Positions 9,282-18,339 of a DNA stretch of 64,000 bases are shown in pieces. The translations under genes were made by a program, and so were the position numbers. This DNA comes from Candidatus Wolfebacteria bacterium (GTDB taxonomy: Bacteria; Patescibacteriota; Minisyncoccia; UBA6257; UBA9933), in the NCBI GenBank assembly GCA_024654025.1, contig JANLIR010000002.1:168959-232958 (forward strand), read 5' to 3'. The notes beneath the pieces are model-generated. The model was not told where the DNA came from and did no database searches. It saw nothing but the letters and a program-made list of their open reading frames with translations. Position 1 is the first letter of the stretch. Each line of letters begins with the position of its first letter.

Positions 9282-9797
9282 ATGAGAAATAAAAATCAAA
9301 GAGTAGGCATTTTTATAGATGTCCAAAATCTCTATCATTCCGCTAAGCATCTTTACGGCGGCAAGGTAAATTACAGGGAGCTTATAAAAACTCTTGTTGA
9401 CGGCCGTCAGCTAATCAGGGCTTTGGGCTATGTAGTTAAAAGCGAAACCTCCGATAAATCAGCGCCTACCGGCGAGGCGTCGTTTTTTGAGGCTTTGGAA
9501 AAAGCAGGCGTGGAACTAAGAATGAAAGATATCCAGGTTTTTCCGGGAGGCGTTAAAAAAGCCAACTGGGACGTGGGTATGGCTGTTGACGCTCTGAGAA
9601 TGTCCAGTTTTTTGGATGTCATAATTTTAGTTACTGGCGACGGCGATTTTGAACCGCTTGTTGAATATATCCAGTGGGGCATGGGCAGGATTGTTGAAGT
9701 TGCCGCTTTCAGTTATAATACTTCATCGAAATTAAAAGAAGCGGCCGATCTTTTTATTAATTTAGAAAAAAATCCCAGAATAATGATAAAAAAATAA
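9282..9797 (+). CDS. NYN-domain (LabA/PIN-like) predicted RNase, inserted between rpsO and pnp
   Basis: 171 aa; VGIFIDVQNLYHS…ILVTGDGDFEPLVEYIQ matches the NYN/LabA-like fold signature (Asp-rich catalytic positions). 1-nt spacing to pnp. Confidence 0.65.
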   Translation: MRNKNQRVGIFIDVQNLYHSAKHLYGGKVNYRELIKTLVDGRQLIRALGYVVKSETSDKSAPTGEASFFEALEKAGVELRMKDIQVFPGGVKKANWDVGMAVDALRMSSFLDVIILVTGDGDFEPLVEYIQWGMGRIVEVAAFSYNTSSKLKEAADLFINLEKNPRIMIKK

Positions 9798-9798
9798 A

Positions 9799-11910
9799 AT
9801 GCTTGAATCCAAAGAATTTTCAATTGATTTTCAAGGGAAACCCTTGAGCTTAAAAGTTTCCAAAATTGCCGAGCAAGCCAACTCGGCTGTTTTAGGCCAG
9901 TACGGCGATACCGTGGTTCTAGTAACCGCCACGATGGGCGAAAAAGACCGCGATACGGATTATTTTCCTTTGGTAGTTGATTACGAAGAAAAATTTTATG
10001 CCGCCGGAAAAATTATCGGCAGCCGGTTTATTCGGCGCGAAGGCCGGCCTTCGGAAGAAGCTATTCTTTCCGGAAGAATGATTGACCGGGCGCTTCGGCC
10101 CTTTTTTAATTCACGGATGAGAAGAGATGTTCAAATTGTAATCACTATCCTTTCTTACGACGAAGAAAACGATCCGGATTTTATTTCGCTTCTCTCCGCT
10201 TCAACCGCCTTGGCAATTTCCGATATTCCGTGGAATGGCCCTGTTGCCGGAGTAAGATTGGCAAAAATGAAAGGCGGAAATTTAATGATTAATCCGACCA
10301 AGACGGAAATTAGCGGCAGTGAATTTTTATTCGAATCTTTTGTCGCCGGAAATGAAAGTAAAATAAATATGATAGAACTGGCGGCAAACGAAGTTTCCGA
10401 AAAAGAAGTTATTAGTTCATTTGAAACAGCCCAGGAAGAAATAAAAAAATTGATAAAATTCCAAAAAGAAATTATTCCCAAAATCAGCAAACCAAAAGCC
10501 GAAGTGCTTCTTGTTGAGCCGGATCCGAATTTAAAGCATAAAGTTCAGGAATTTTTAAAAAATAAATTAGAAAACGCAGTTTATGTTTCCGATAAAGCCC
10601 AGCAGCGCCATATTTTGCGAAAGTTAAAAGAAGATTTGAAAGAGCATTTGGTTTCTGAGGGGCTAATTCCGGAAGGAATTGATGCTATTGTAGAGGAAGA
10701 AATCGACGCGCTTATCCATAAAAATATTTTGGAAAAAGATATGAGGCCGGACTCTCGAAAACTCGATGAGGTCAGAGCGCTTTTCGGCCAAGTCGGTTTA
10801 TTTAAACGGCTTCACGGTTCCGCCTTGTTTTTTAGGGGTAGTACTCAATCGTTGGCAGTTACAACTTTAGCCGCTCCCGGACAGGAGCAAATGATAGAAA
10901 CAATGGAAGTTTCAGGGAAACGCAGATTTATGCTCCATTACAATTTTCCGCCTTATTCGGTTGGAGAAATAGGCAGACTGGGCGGACCGGGACGCCGAGA
11001 AGTCGGCCACGGCGCTTTGGCGGAAAAAGCCATAAGGTCAATAATCCCCTCAAAAGAGGAATTCCCTTATACTATCCGTGTTGTTTCAGAGATTTTGTCT
11101 TCAAACGGGTCATCTTCTATGGCAACTGTCTGCTCGTCGGTATTATCGCTAATGGATGCAGGTGTTCCTATTAAAAAGCCGGTGGCAGGCATTGCTATGG
11201 GAATTATTATGGGACAAGCGACAAGCGACAAGCGACAAGATTACAAAGTGCTGACCGATATTCAAGGCCCGGAAGATCACTACGGCGATATGGATTGTAA
11301 AGTTGCAGGCACAACCGACGGAATTACCGCCATACAAATGGACGTGAAAATTGACGGCGTTACCACCGAAATTTTAAATGACGTGTTAGTTCAAGCCAAA
11401 AAAGCCCGCCTTGAGATTTTGGAAGTTATGAAATCCGTTATTGATAAGCCTAGGGAAAAACTTTCAGAGTTCGCGCCAATTATTTTGACAATCAACATTA
11501 GTCCGGAAAGAATCGGCGAAGTTATCGGCCCGGGCGGAAAAATGATTAATATGATAATTAAAGACACCGGCGTTACGACAATAGATATCGAACAAACCGG
11601 AAAAGTTTTTGTTTCCGCCACTACTCCCGAACAAGCCCAAGCGGCGATTGGGTTCATCCAATCCTTAACAAAAGAATTCGAGGTCGGCGAAATTATTGAA
11701 GGCAAGATTATCAAACTTTTGGAATTTGGAGCCATTGTCGATTTGGGAGGCGGCAATGACGGAATGATTCACATTTCAGAAGTAAAAAGCGGATTTGTAA
11801 AAGATATTAATGAAGTTCTTAAATTGGGCGATGTTGTGAGGGCAAAAATTATAAAAGTTGAAAACGGAAAAATCGGACTTTCGATAAAAGCCTTGGCGGA
11901 ACAAAAATAG
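9799..11910 (+). CDS. pnp: Polynucleotide phosphorylase
   Basis: 703 aa. Two RNase PH domains, a KH domain (GEVIGPGGKMINMI) and a C-terminal S1 domain (GEIIEGKIIKLLEFGAIVDL). Confidence 0.9.
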   Translation: MLESKEFSIDFQGKPLSLKVSKIAEQANSAVLGQYGDTVVLVTATMGEKDRDTDYFPLVVDYEEKFYAAGKIIGSRFIRREGRPSEEAILSGRMIDRALRPFFNSRMRRDVQIVITILSYDEENDPDFISLLSASTALAISDIPWNGPVAGVRLAKMKGGNLMINPTKTEISGSEFLFESFVAGNESKINMIELAANEVSEKEVISSFETAQEEIKKLIKFQKEIIPKISKPKAEVLLVEPDPNLKHKVQEFLKNKLENAVYVSDKAQQRHILRKLKEDLKEHLVSEGLIPEGIDAIVEEEIDALIHKNILEKDMRPDSRKLDEVRALFGQVGLFKRLHGSALFFRGSTQSLAVTTLAAPGQEQMIETMEVSGKRRFMLHYNFPPYSVGEIGRLGGPGRREVGHGALAEKAIRSIIPSKEEFPYTIRVVSEILSSNGSSSMATVCSSVLSLMDAGVPIKKPVAGIAMGIIMGQATSDKRQDYKVLTDIQGPEDHYGDMDCKVAGTTDGITAIQMDVKIDGVTTEILNDVLVQAKKARLEILEVMKSVIDKPREKLSEFAPIILTINISPERIGEVIGPGGKMINMIIKDTGVTTIDIEQTGKVFVSATTPEQAQAAIGFIQSLTKEFEVGEIIEGKIIKLLEFGAIVDLGGGNDGMIHISEVKSGFVKDINEVLKLGDVVRAKIIKVENGKIGLSIKALAEQK

Positions 11911-11915
11911 AAAAC

Positions 11916-11944
11916 AAAAAACTCGCCACTAGGCGAGTTTTTTA
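11916..11944. terminator. Bidirectional terminator between pnp and rpsT
   Basis: AAAAAACTCGCC-ACTA-GGCGAGTTTTTT. Confidence 0.6.
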
Positions 11945-12183
11945 GTTAAGCGAGACTTAAGCCGAGCCGCCTTATTTTTTGCTATTATCTTCACTTTCGC
12001 GGCCTTGTCTAATTTTTTATAAACGGTTTTTAGCTGCTCTCTTGCTTTTTCTTTGTCTTTGGCTTCAAGGAGATTTTTGTATTCCTTGAGAACTTTTCTT
12101 AAATCAATTTTTCTTTTCGCGTTTATTTTTCTTTTCCGCTCGCTTTGTCTTAAAGCTTTTTTTGCTGATTTTGTTCTTGGCAT
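11929..12183 (-). CDS. rpsT: 30S ribosomal protein S20
   Basis: 84 aa, very basic; AKKALRQSERKRKINAKRK… is typical of S20. Confidence 0.85.
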   Translation of the reverse strand: MPRTKSAKKALRQSERKRKINAKRKIDLRKVLKEYKNLLEAKDKEKAREQLKTVYKKLDKAAKVKIIAKNKAARLKSRLTKKLA

Positions 12184-12338
12184 ATGAATTAAAATTTGTT
12201 TACGTTCGTTATCTTATTATATAAGAGATTAATTGTCAACGCGTCTTTTACCAAAACTTGTGCGGGGTAAAAGAAGGATAAAAAATGGCCAGAGCAAGGC
12301 TCCGGCCAACGGGCGTATTTCTTCTCGGCGTTTTAGGT

Positions 12339-12905
12339 TTATTGTCCGAATTCATCGGATATATAAACCGACATTTCTTGAAATGCTTTATCATACAAGT
12401 TACTGTTCGGGGCGGTGTCGTTTAGGATTTGTACGCACTGATTAAATGTCAGGTGAATATCGCGGCAAATTTTATTCTCCACTTCCTTCTTGACGCATCT
12501 GACCTTTTCACGGAATTCATAACATACATTCAATAATTTAAACAGCGTGTATAGTTTATCAAAGTCATCCCCCGCCTTTTCTTTCATTTTGGAAATTATT
12601 TTATCGCGGCTTTTGCAGGCGGAAATGGTTGATTCATCTCGCGGAGTAAGGTCAAAAAGCGTTTTCCAGTGCCAAAAATCCGAAGCGCGTTTTTCCATTA
12701 AGTCCCAAATAAGCAGTTTACGACCGAAATAAATATTTGCTCGGTAAATTTTGACCAATTGATCAAACTCAAGCGCGGCGATAAAATCTTGGGAGATAAT
12801 TTTTGTGTTGTGGAGCAGTGAAACCGCCAGTCCGAAGTCAAGTCCTTTAAAAGCCAATATTTCGATCGTGTCTTTCAGTTCTTGCGCCCTTTGGTTCTGG
12901 TCCAT
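12339..12905 (-). CDS. Hypothetical protein
   Basis: 188 aa, soluble, no recognisable motif; lies between rpsT and ruvA. Confidence 0.4.
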   Translation of the reverse strand: MDQNQRAQELKDTIEILAFKGLDFGLAVSLLHNTKIISQDFIAALEFDQLVKIYRANIYFGRKLLIWDLMEKRASDFWHWKTLFDLTPRDESTISACKSRDKIISKMKEKAGDDFDKLYTLFKLLNVCYEFREKVRCVKKEVENKICRDIHLTFNQCVQILNDTAPNSNLYDKAFQEMSVYISDEFGQ

Positions 12906-13049
12906 GATTCACCCCCATAGGATTTCGCCATTTTTGGCGTGAAGAGTGTGCCGATTTAAATAAAAACTGATTACAAACTAAGTTAAAAACGCATTGCTGT
13001 CAATTTCCTTCCCTTTATACTTTTTGCTTTCTACTTTATACTATCCATA

Positions 13050-13628
13050 ATGATTTACTCTCTCTCTGGAAAGCTCACCGTAAAAACCAAACTTTTTATC
13101 ATTATTGAAACAAGTGGAATCGGCTTTAAAGTTTTTGTTTCGCGGCGGACAATTAATAAGCTTCCGAAAATAAATTCGAAAGCGAAAATTTTTTGCCATA
13201 CTTACGTCAAACAAGACGGAATCGAGCTTTACGGATTTTACGATAAAACCGAAATGGACGTTTTTGAAATGTTAACTTCAATTAGCGGCGTTGGTCCGAA
13301 AATGGCTTTAAAAATTTTATCGGTCATAAAACCGGAAGAATTAATGTCGGCCGTAAATAAAAACCGCGCCGATCTTCTTACAAAAATTTCCGGAGTCGGC
13401 AAAAAAACAGCCGAGCGGATAATTTTGGAATTAAAAGACAAAATAGCCGTTAAAGAAAGCGAAGAAATTATTTCTATGCTGGAAATCGATATTGACATTT
13501 CCGAAGCGCTCAAAAGAATGGGTTATAGGCAAAACGAAGTGAAGGAAGCCGTAAAAGCTATTTCTTCAAAAAGCGAAAAACCGGAAGAAAGAATAAGGGA
13601 AGCATTGAAATTTTTAAATAAAAGATAG
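13050..13628 (+). CDS. ruvA: Holliday junction DNA helicase RuvA
   Basis: 192 aa. N-terminal OB domain plus two HhH motifs (ISGVGPKMALKIL, ISGVGKKTAERIILELKDK) and a C-terminal domain III. Confidence 0.85.
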   Translation: MIYSLSGKLTVKTKLFIIIETSGIGFKVFVSRRTINKLPKINSKAKIFCHTYVKQDGIELYGFYDKTEMDVFEMLTSISGVGPKMALKILSVIKPEELMSAVNKNRADLLTKISGVGKKTAERIILELKDKIAVKESEEIISMLEIDIDISEALKRMGYRQNEVKEAVKAISSKSEKPEERIREALKFLNKR

Positions 13629-13790
13629 TTAAATTTATTCCCAATCAAATATATTCCCGCTACCGTTCAACCGCCCAGCGAGCGATTTCACTGGCGCCGC
13701 TTCTTCGCTCGGTCGCCACAGGCGACCACCGTGCCCGCTCAGTCGCGGAGCCGCGCTGTGAATATATTTGTTTGAGAATATCAAATAAAA

Positions 13791-15152
13791 ATGAATTTAG
13801 AAAAAATTTTAAATTTAGGAAGGAAAGTTATTCCAAAGCCTGTTTTTGAATTTTTTCAGCCAGCCTACCATTGGATGCTGGCTTTTTTAGGCGCTTTTCT
13901 TTACGGCTCTCCGTCAAAAAATATGATAATTATCGGAGTTACGGGCACAAAAGGCAAAACTACCACTTGCGATCTTATTGCTCAAATTTTAAATTCGTTC
14001 GGCTATAAAACCGCGCTTGTTACCACTGCCTTGGTGCGCATAGGAGACGAGGAGTGGAAAAACGAGCATAAACAAACAATGCTTGGCCGGTTTAAGCTCC
14101 AGAAATTTTTAAGCCAAGCCGACGAGTTAAAATGCCGGTACGCTGTTGTGGAGACATCTTCAGAAGGTATTTTGCAATACAGGCACCGGTTTATAGATTA
14201 TGATGTGGCGGTTTTTACCAATCTATTCCCTGAACACATAGAACGCCACGGCGGTTTTGAAAATTATAGAAACGCTAAAGTAAAATTATTCGAAAAACTG
14301 GCAAAAAAAGACAACGGAATAGGAATTTATAATTTAGATGATTCGGATGTTAATTATTTTTTGGAGCCCGGAATAAAAACAAAAATAGGATATACAATAA
14401 ATAACCAACGACCAACAACTATTAATCAAGAACTCATGGAATCTTTGCAGAAAATTATCGAAGTTAAAAATATTGAACAGGGACTAGACGGATCGAAATT
14501 TTCAATTAATGGCGAGAGATTCAAAACTCCCCTGATAGGAGAATTTAATGTGTACAATGCGGTAGCCGCTATTACTGTTGCGATATCCCAAGGTGTTCCG
14601 CTTAATAAAATAAAACCTATTATTAGCAGAGCAAAACAAACTCCCGGCAGATTGGAAAAAGTAGAAAACGAAAAAGGATTCACGGTCATTATTGATTACG
14701 CGCATGAACCGTTTAGTTTGGAATCGGTTTACAAAGCAGCCGCAAGTTACAAAGCGAAACCTAAAAGTTCTATGTTGTGCCTTTTGGGAGCCCAAGGCGG
14801 CGGACGAGACAGATGGAAGAGGCCGAAAATGGGAAGTATCGCCGCTCAATATTGCGATAAGATAATTTTAACAAATGAAGATCCTTACGACGAAAATCCA
14901 AATCAAATTTTAGACGATATCGAGGAAGGCGTTCGAGCTGGATTTCGCAACAATCCAAAAAAATTCGCAACCGTAAATAAAATTATAGATAGAAAAGAAG
15001 CAATCCAAAAAGCTGTTTCTCTTGCGAAAAAAGGCGATGTTGTGGTTTTAACCGGTAAAGGCGGAGAAACATTTATGTGTATTGAGAATAATAAAAAAAA
15101 TCTCTGGGATGAAAAAACGGTTGTTGAAGAGGTATTGAATAGTTTCTCATAA
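13791..15152 (+). CDS. Mur ligase family protein (MurE-like UDP-N-acetylmuramoyl-tripeptide synthetase)
   Basis: 453 aa. P-loop GVTGTKGKTTT, Mur-ligase middle-domain motifs (VVETSSEG, LFPEHIERHGGFENYRNAKVKLF) and C-terminal domain (LCLLGAQGGGRDRWKRPKMG). MurE vs MurF is not resolvable by eye. Confidence 0.7.
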   Translation: MNLEKILNLGRKVIPKPVFEFFQPAYHWMLAFLGAFLYGSPSKNMIIIGVTGTKGKTTTCDLIAQILNSFGYKTALVTTALVRIGDEEWKNEHKQTMLGRFKLQKFLSQADELKCRYAVVETSSEGILQYRHRFIDYDVAVFTNLFPEHIERHGGFENYRNAKVKLFEKLAKKDNGIGIYNLDDSDVNYFLEPGIKTKIGYTINNQRPTTINQELMESLQKIIEVKNIEQGLDGSKFSINGERFKTPLIGEFNVYNAVAAITVAISQGVPLNKIKPIISRAKQTPGRLEKVENEKGFTVIIDYAHEPFSLESVYKAAASYKAKPKSSMLCLLGAQGGGRDRWKRPKMGSIAAQYCDKIILTNEDPYDENPNQILDDIEEGVRAGFRNNPKKFATVNKIIDRKEAIQKAVSLAKKGDVVVLTGKGGETFMCIENNKKNLWDEKTVVEEVLNSFS

Positions 15153-15217
15153 TGGTGTAGCTTTTTAAAAGTTTATTTGTCAGAAAAAAATCATATTACA
15201 TAGAGGAGGGGGTAGCG

Positions 15218-15718
15218 ATGGATAAGCAGATCTACTATGGGTTGCTGTCTCTTATTCCTATTTCGGGCATTGTTCTAGTTACTGTCACTGCAATTTTATT
15301 GATTGTAAAGTTGAGGGCGGTTAAGGGGCAAACGATAATAGTGCTTTTTATAATTGGAGTTGCTCTATGCGAGCTTCGGCCGCAAGAATTAAAAAACGTC
15401 ACGATTTTTTCTGAGTTGCCAGACAATCGTTATCAAATTGCCGGTCAAGTGCCAACAGTTAATTATGCGATAATTAGCTACAAGGGAAGAAATGGAATCG
15501 ATGTGGTAATGGTTAAGGATGTTCCGGGCGATTTAAAATTAGGCACGATTTTTGTCATTAAAAATGGGCAGGTGGAAATAGAGTGGCAACCGGAAGACCA
15601 ACAAGAGGAACAACAAAAAAAAGAACAAAAAGAAGAGACAGAGGAATATAGATTCGGTCCGTATGATTTTCGTATCAGGGCGGCCTCCAAAGATAAGGAG
15701 GCTGCTTTTTTTGCGTAA
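15218..15718 (+). CDS. Hypothetical membrane protein with acidic C-terminal tail
   Basis: 166 aa; strong RBS (GAGGAGGGGG); two TM helices, then a Gln/Glu-rich tail. Hairpin terminator at 15722-15745 (GGTCCCT-TATGC-AGGGACC). Confidence 0.4.
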   Translation: MDKQIYYGLLSLIPISGIVLVTVTAILLIVKLRAVKGQTIIVLFIIGVALCELRPQELKNVTIFSELPDNRYQIAGQVPTVNYAIISYKGRNGIDVVMVKDVPGDLKLGTIFVIKNGQVEIEWQPEDQQEEQQKKEQKEETEEYRFGPYDFRIRAASKDKEAAFFA

Positions 15719-15729
15719 AAAAAGGTCCC

Positions 15730-16017
15730 TTATGCAGGGACCACCTCAACTCCTTTCTTTTCCGGGGGGTTTCTCCGAAAATATTCTTTGGCCTTGTCGC
15801 AGGCCGCGGCAAAAGCGGCCGGCGCGACAACGTAGTTGTGAGTGTCACGCGTGTGCGCGCCCGGCTTAAATCTCTCATTAAGACCGCCGGCTGTTACGAT
15901 ACGACGACCGAAGCGTGTCTTGTGACGGAAAGGTATAACAACCCCCTCTGTCCAGACCTGAACGATGTTTGGGTTGCCAAGCTTCTTTCCTGTTTCGAAA
16001 ACCCAGACATTCAGCAA
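15730..16017 (-). CDS. Small hypothetical protein in a GC-rich islet (TTG start)
   Basis: 95 aa; start TTG preceded by AGGAGG at a 6-nt spacing. Local GC is about 52%. No recognisable motif. Confidence 0.35.
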   Translation of the reverse strand: MLNVWVFETGKKLGNPNIVQVWTEGVVIPFRHKTRFGRRIVTAGGLNERFKPGAHTRDTHNYVVAPAAFAAACDKAKEYFRRNPPEKKGVEVVPA

Positions 16018-16031
16018 GTTGCGCCTCCTTC

Positions 16032-16214
16032 CTAATAGTGAAAGGTCAGGATCGACTTCATGAAAGCGGGATACCGAGAAGTCAGGATCACCATCATGAA
16101 GGCGAACACGGTCATGATCAGCATCCCTCTGAATATCGGCTGGAAAAACCTGCGAGTGAAGTGGTCATTCCGCTTCCTTTTGCTGTTGTGCTTCTGGTTC
16201 GTATAAATAAACAT
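16032..16214 (-). CDS. Possible small hydrophobic protein in the GC-rich islet (very tentative)
   Basis: Internal ATG (MFIYTNQ…) preceded by GGGGGGTG. The tracked ORF 16032..16229 uses a TTG start. It could also be non-coding. Confidence 0.2.
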   Translation of the reverse strand: MFIYTNQKHNSKRKRNDHFTRRFFQPIFRGMLIMTVFAFMMVILTSRYPAFMKSILTFHY

Positions 16215-16303
16215 TTTCACCCCCCACAAAGATTTTTTACGATCTGGCTAAATAGTAGCATATTTTTTAAAGTTTGTAAAGAGGGGTAAAATAGCCCGTC
16301 TAT

Positions 16304-16687
16304 TCAGAGATTTATATTCTTGTAATGAGAAATGATGGGGTTATTAGTGTTGTTTAGGGTTATAGCAATTAAATCAATTCGCCACCCCATTTCCTTATTT
16401 ATTAAGCCTTGATTAGCGCCTGAATATAAAGAGGCGGTTCTGGCTACTTTTTTAAGCTTAGAAGCAGTTAATTGATCCTCGGGTTTTAGGTTGAAATTGG
16501 TAGATTGTTGGAGGGTTTTGACTTCTATAAAAACAAGAGTTTTGTCGTGGTCTTTAGCTATGATATCTATCTCTCCCCACGGCTTCCTATAATTCCGCTC
16601 AATAATCCGGTATCTATTGTTGATTAAGCACTCGCAAGCCAAATCTTCGCCTAATTGCCCAGTTTTTTGTTTATCTGTTGAATCCAT
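16304..16687 (-). CDS. YraN-family (UPF0102) predicted endonuclease
   Basis: 127 aa; GEDLACECLINNRYRIIERNYRKPWGEIDIIAKD…LVFIEVKT matches the YraN/UPF0102 signature. Confidence 0.7.
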   Translation of the reverse strand: MDSTDKQKTGQLGEDLACECLINNRYRIIERNYRKPWGEIDIIAKDHDKTLVFIEVKTLQQSTNFNLKPEDQLTASKLKKVARTASLYSGANQGLINKEMGWRIDLIAITLNNTNNPIISHYKNINL

Positions 16688-16767
16688 CCAGTATTTTTGT
16701 TAGTATTTTATAAATGTTGCTCGGGTAAACATTATTTAAATTGTACCACGTGTAATACGATAAACAA

Positions 16768-17199
16768 ATGCAAACAAAAAAAATTACAGCAGAATATATT
16801 AGGGGCTTTATTGAGGGCGTGGGAACTTTTACTTTCACAACCTCGTCACGGGGTTTCAATAAAAAGGTTAAAATACCAACTTTTCAATTAAGAATGAATA
16901 TTCGAGATAAACGGTTAATTGAATTGATTAAAGGACATCTCGGACTTAAAAATAGGGTTTATATGTATCATTATCCGGGAACTGATGGCGCAAAACGAGG
17001 GCCACAAGCGATGTTAATAGTCCGAGAAATAGGTAATCTGAAAAATATAATCATCCCTTTCTTTTACGATAAGCTGGTTGGGTATAAAGCAGCCCAATTT
17101 AATAAGTGGCTTGAAAGAATAGGTAAAGACTCGGAAGTGCCAGAGGGATTTAAGATTCTATACCGTCTTCATAAATCCGGTTGGTTTTCAAAGAAATAG
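16768..17199 (+). CDS. LAGLIDADG-family homing endonuclease (single-motif, free-standing)
   Basis: 143 aa; YIRGFIEGVGTF is a LAGLIDADG-type motif (cf. LAGFIDGEGSF). The size fits homodimeric I-CreI-like enzymes. Confidence 0.6.
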   Translation: MQTKKITAEYIRGFIEGVGTFTFTTSSRGFNKKVKIPTFQLRMNIRDKRLIELIKGHLGLKNRVYMYHYPGTDGAKRGPQAMLIVREIGNLKNIIIPFFYDKLVGYKAAQFNKWLERIGKDSEVPEGFKILYRLHKSGWFSKK

Positions 17200-17483
17200 C
17201 ATTAAAATGGTTTAGTAGGTAAAAATACTAATTCGGCAATGGTCATTGCCGAATTAAAATAGGGGTTTTGCCGAATTAAAATGTTGGGAATGTTTTACAA
17301 CCAACACTTTGAATCAAATTTTAAGGGTCTAAAGTGTCAAAAATGTTTATCAAGTTTTGATAAACAATCTTTTACGACAGATTAGCTTAAAATTGGGCTA
17401 AAAAGTGTTTATCAAGTTTTGGCAAACATTTTCGGAAAGTTTAGTAAATAGTTCGGCAATCCGTTATTTGATGGATTGCCGAA

Positions 17484-18137
17484 CTAATAGGACGCGAAAA
17501 TACCCTTTGCCCACCCCCGGATTTTTAAAGATAGCCCAACATTACAGATGTAGATTTCAAAAGTTCCATAAGGAAGGCCCTCTTTTTTGGATTTTGTGGC
17601 TCTTTTTACTGAGAGTTTGAAAAACTGCTTTAAAGGGATGCCGGAAATTTCCGACCAGTATTTTTCTGTTCCCCGATGATCAAGGTGGGGATAGATATAA
17701 ATATGCCCCCGGAATTTCTGTTCCGGAACCTCACAAACATCCCTAAAAAAGGCCATCATTAACCTAACTATATTCGGGTCGCTGTTTGAGAACCGGACAA
17801 GGCCTTTTTGGGTTTTCCCACACCCTGCCCAATACAAAACCGAGCCAATTAGCCAAAGCTCACTTCTAGTTATTTTCTTTACCTGCTTTTGCGCTTGGTC
17901 GATAAGGTTTTCTCGTGTAGCTGTTTCCCGAGCCAGTCTGGTTGCGCGTCTTTTTTCCACTACCGAAAGCTTTACGGCGCGCTTTGATAGCGTTTTCTCC
18001 TGGTCTTTAGTTAGCGCGATGTTGCGGACCCATAAGCTCGCGCTACTTTTTGAAACGTTTAAGTTTTTCGCGATCTCGTTCAGAGAGTAACCATAAGCTC
18101 GGAGTTCTCGCGCTTTTTGTTTTTCAGCCTGCTTCAT
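17484..18137 (-). CDS. HTH plus LAGLIDADG-like domain protein (possible degenerate homing endonuclease / maturase-like)
   Basis: 217 aa. N-terminal sigma70-region-4-like HTH (LRAYGYSLNEIAKNLNVSKSSASLWVRNI). C-terminal segment SELWLIGSVLYWAGCGKTQ…VRLMMAFFRDV resembles a LAGLIDADG helix lacking the acidic residues. Confidence 0.35.
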   Translation of the reverse strand: MKQAEKQKARELRAYGYSLNEIAKNLNVSKSSASLWVRNIALTKDQEKTLSKRAVKLSVVEKRRATRLARETATRENLIDQAQKQVKKITRSELWLIGSVLYWAGCGKTQKGLVRFSNSDPNIVRLMMAFFRDVCEVPEQKFRGHIYIYPHLDHRGTEKYWSEISGIPLKQFFKLSVKRATKSKKEGLPYGTFEIYICNVGLSLKIRGWAKGIFASY

Positions 18138-18220
18138 AATCGAACTGATGAAGATATTTACTATGCTGAATATAGCATACAGGTTCGATTATTACAATAA
18201 AAAGAAGTTTGATTTCTGTG

Positions 18221-18290
18221 CGCGTTGAGGGGATTGAACCCCCGACCTGTCGCCTAAGGCGACCGTTCTAACCAACTGCTCCGACGCTTC
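18221..18290 (-). other. tRNA-like sequence, apparently degenerate (pseudo-tRNA)
   Basis: Minus strand: D-arm-like GAGCAGTTGGTTAGAAC, arm GTCGC-CTTAG-GCGAC with only a 5-nt loop, good T-arm GGGGG-TTCAATC-CCCTC. The 3' strand AACGCGC has no complementary 5' acceptor strand. Preceded by the hairpin CTCCGAC-CGAAGC-GTCGGAG. Confidence 0.3.
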
Positions 18291-18339
18291 GGTCGGAGCC
18301 CCGACTTCGTATTAGCGAACGTCGGAGAGCTAAAAATTG

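Noticed and set aside
12233-12445. 70-aa plus-strand ORF upstream of ruvA
   Set aside because: Arg-rich low-complexity sequence. It overlaps the 3' end of the minus-strand hypothetical gene and has no RBS.
15969-16289. 106-aa plus-strand ORF in the second GC-rich islet
   Set aside because: His/Ser-rich low complexity, no RBS. The minus-strand ORFs with SD sites are more plausible, though the region may be partly non-coding.
17340-17430. DnaA-box cluster / oriC
   Set aside because: TTATCAAG-type sequences here are part of palindromes and do not match TTWTNCACA. gyrA, parAB and recA are present, but dnaA/dnaN are not in the window.
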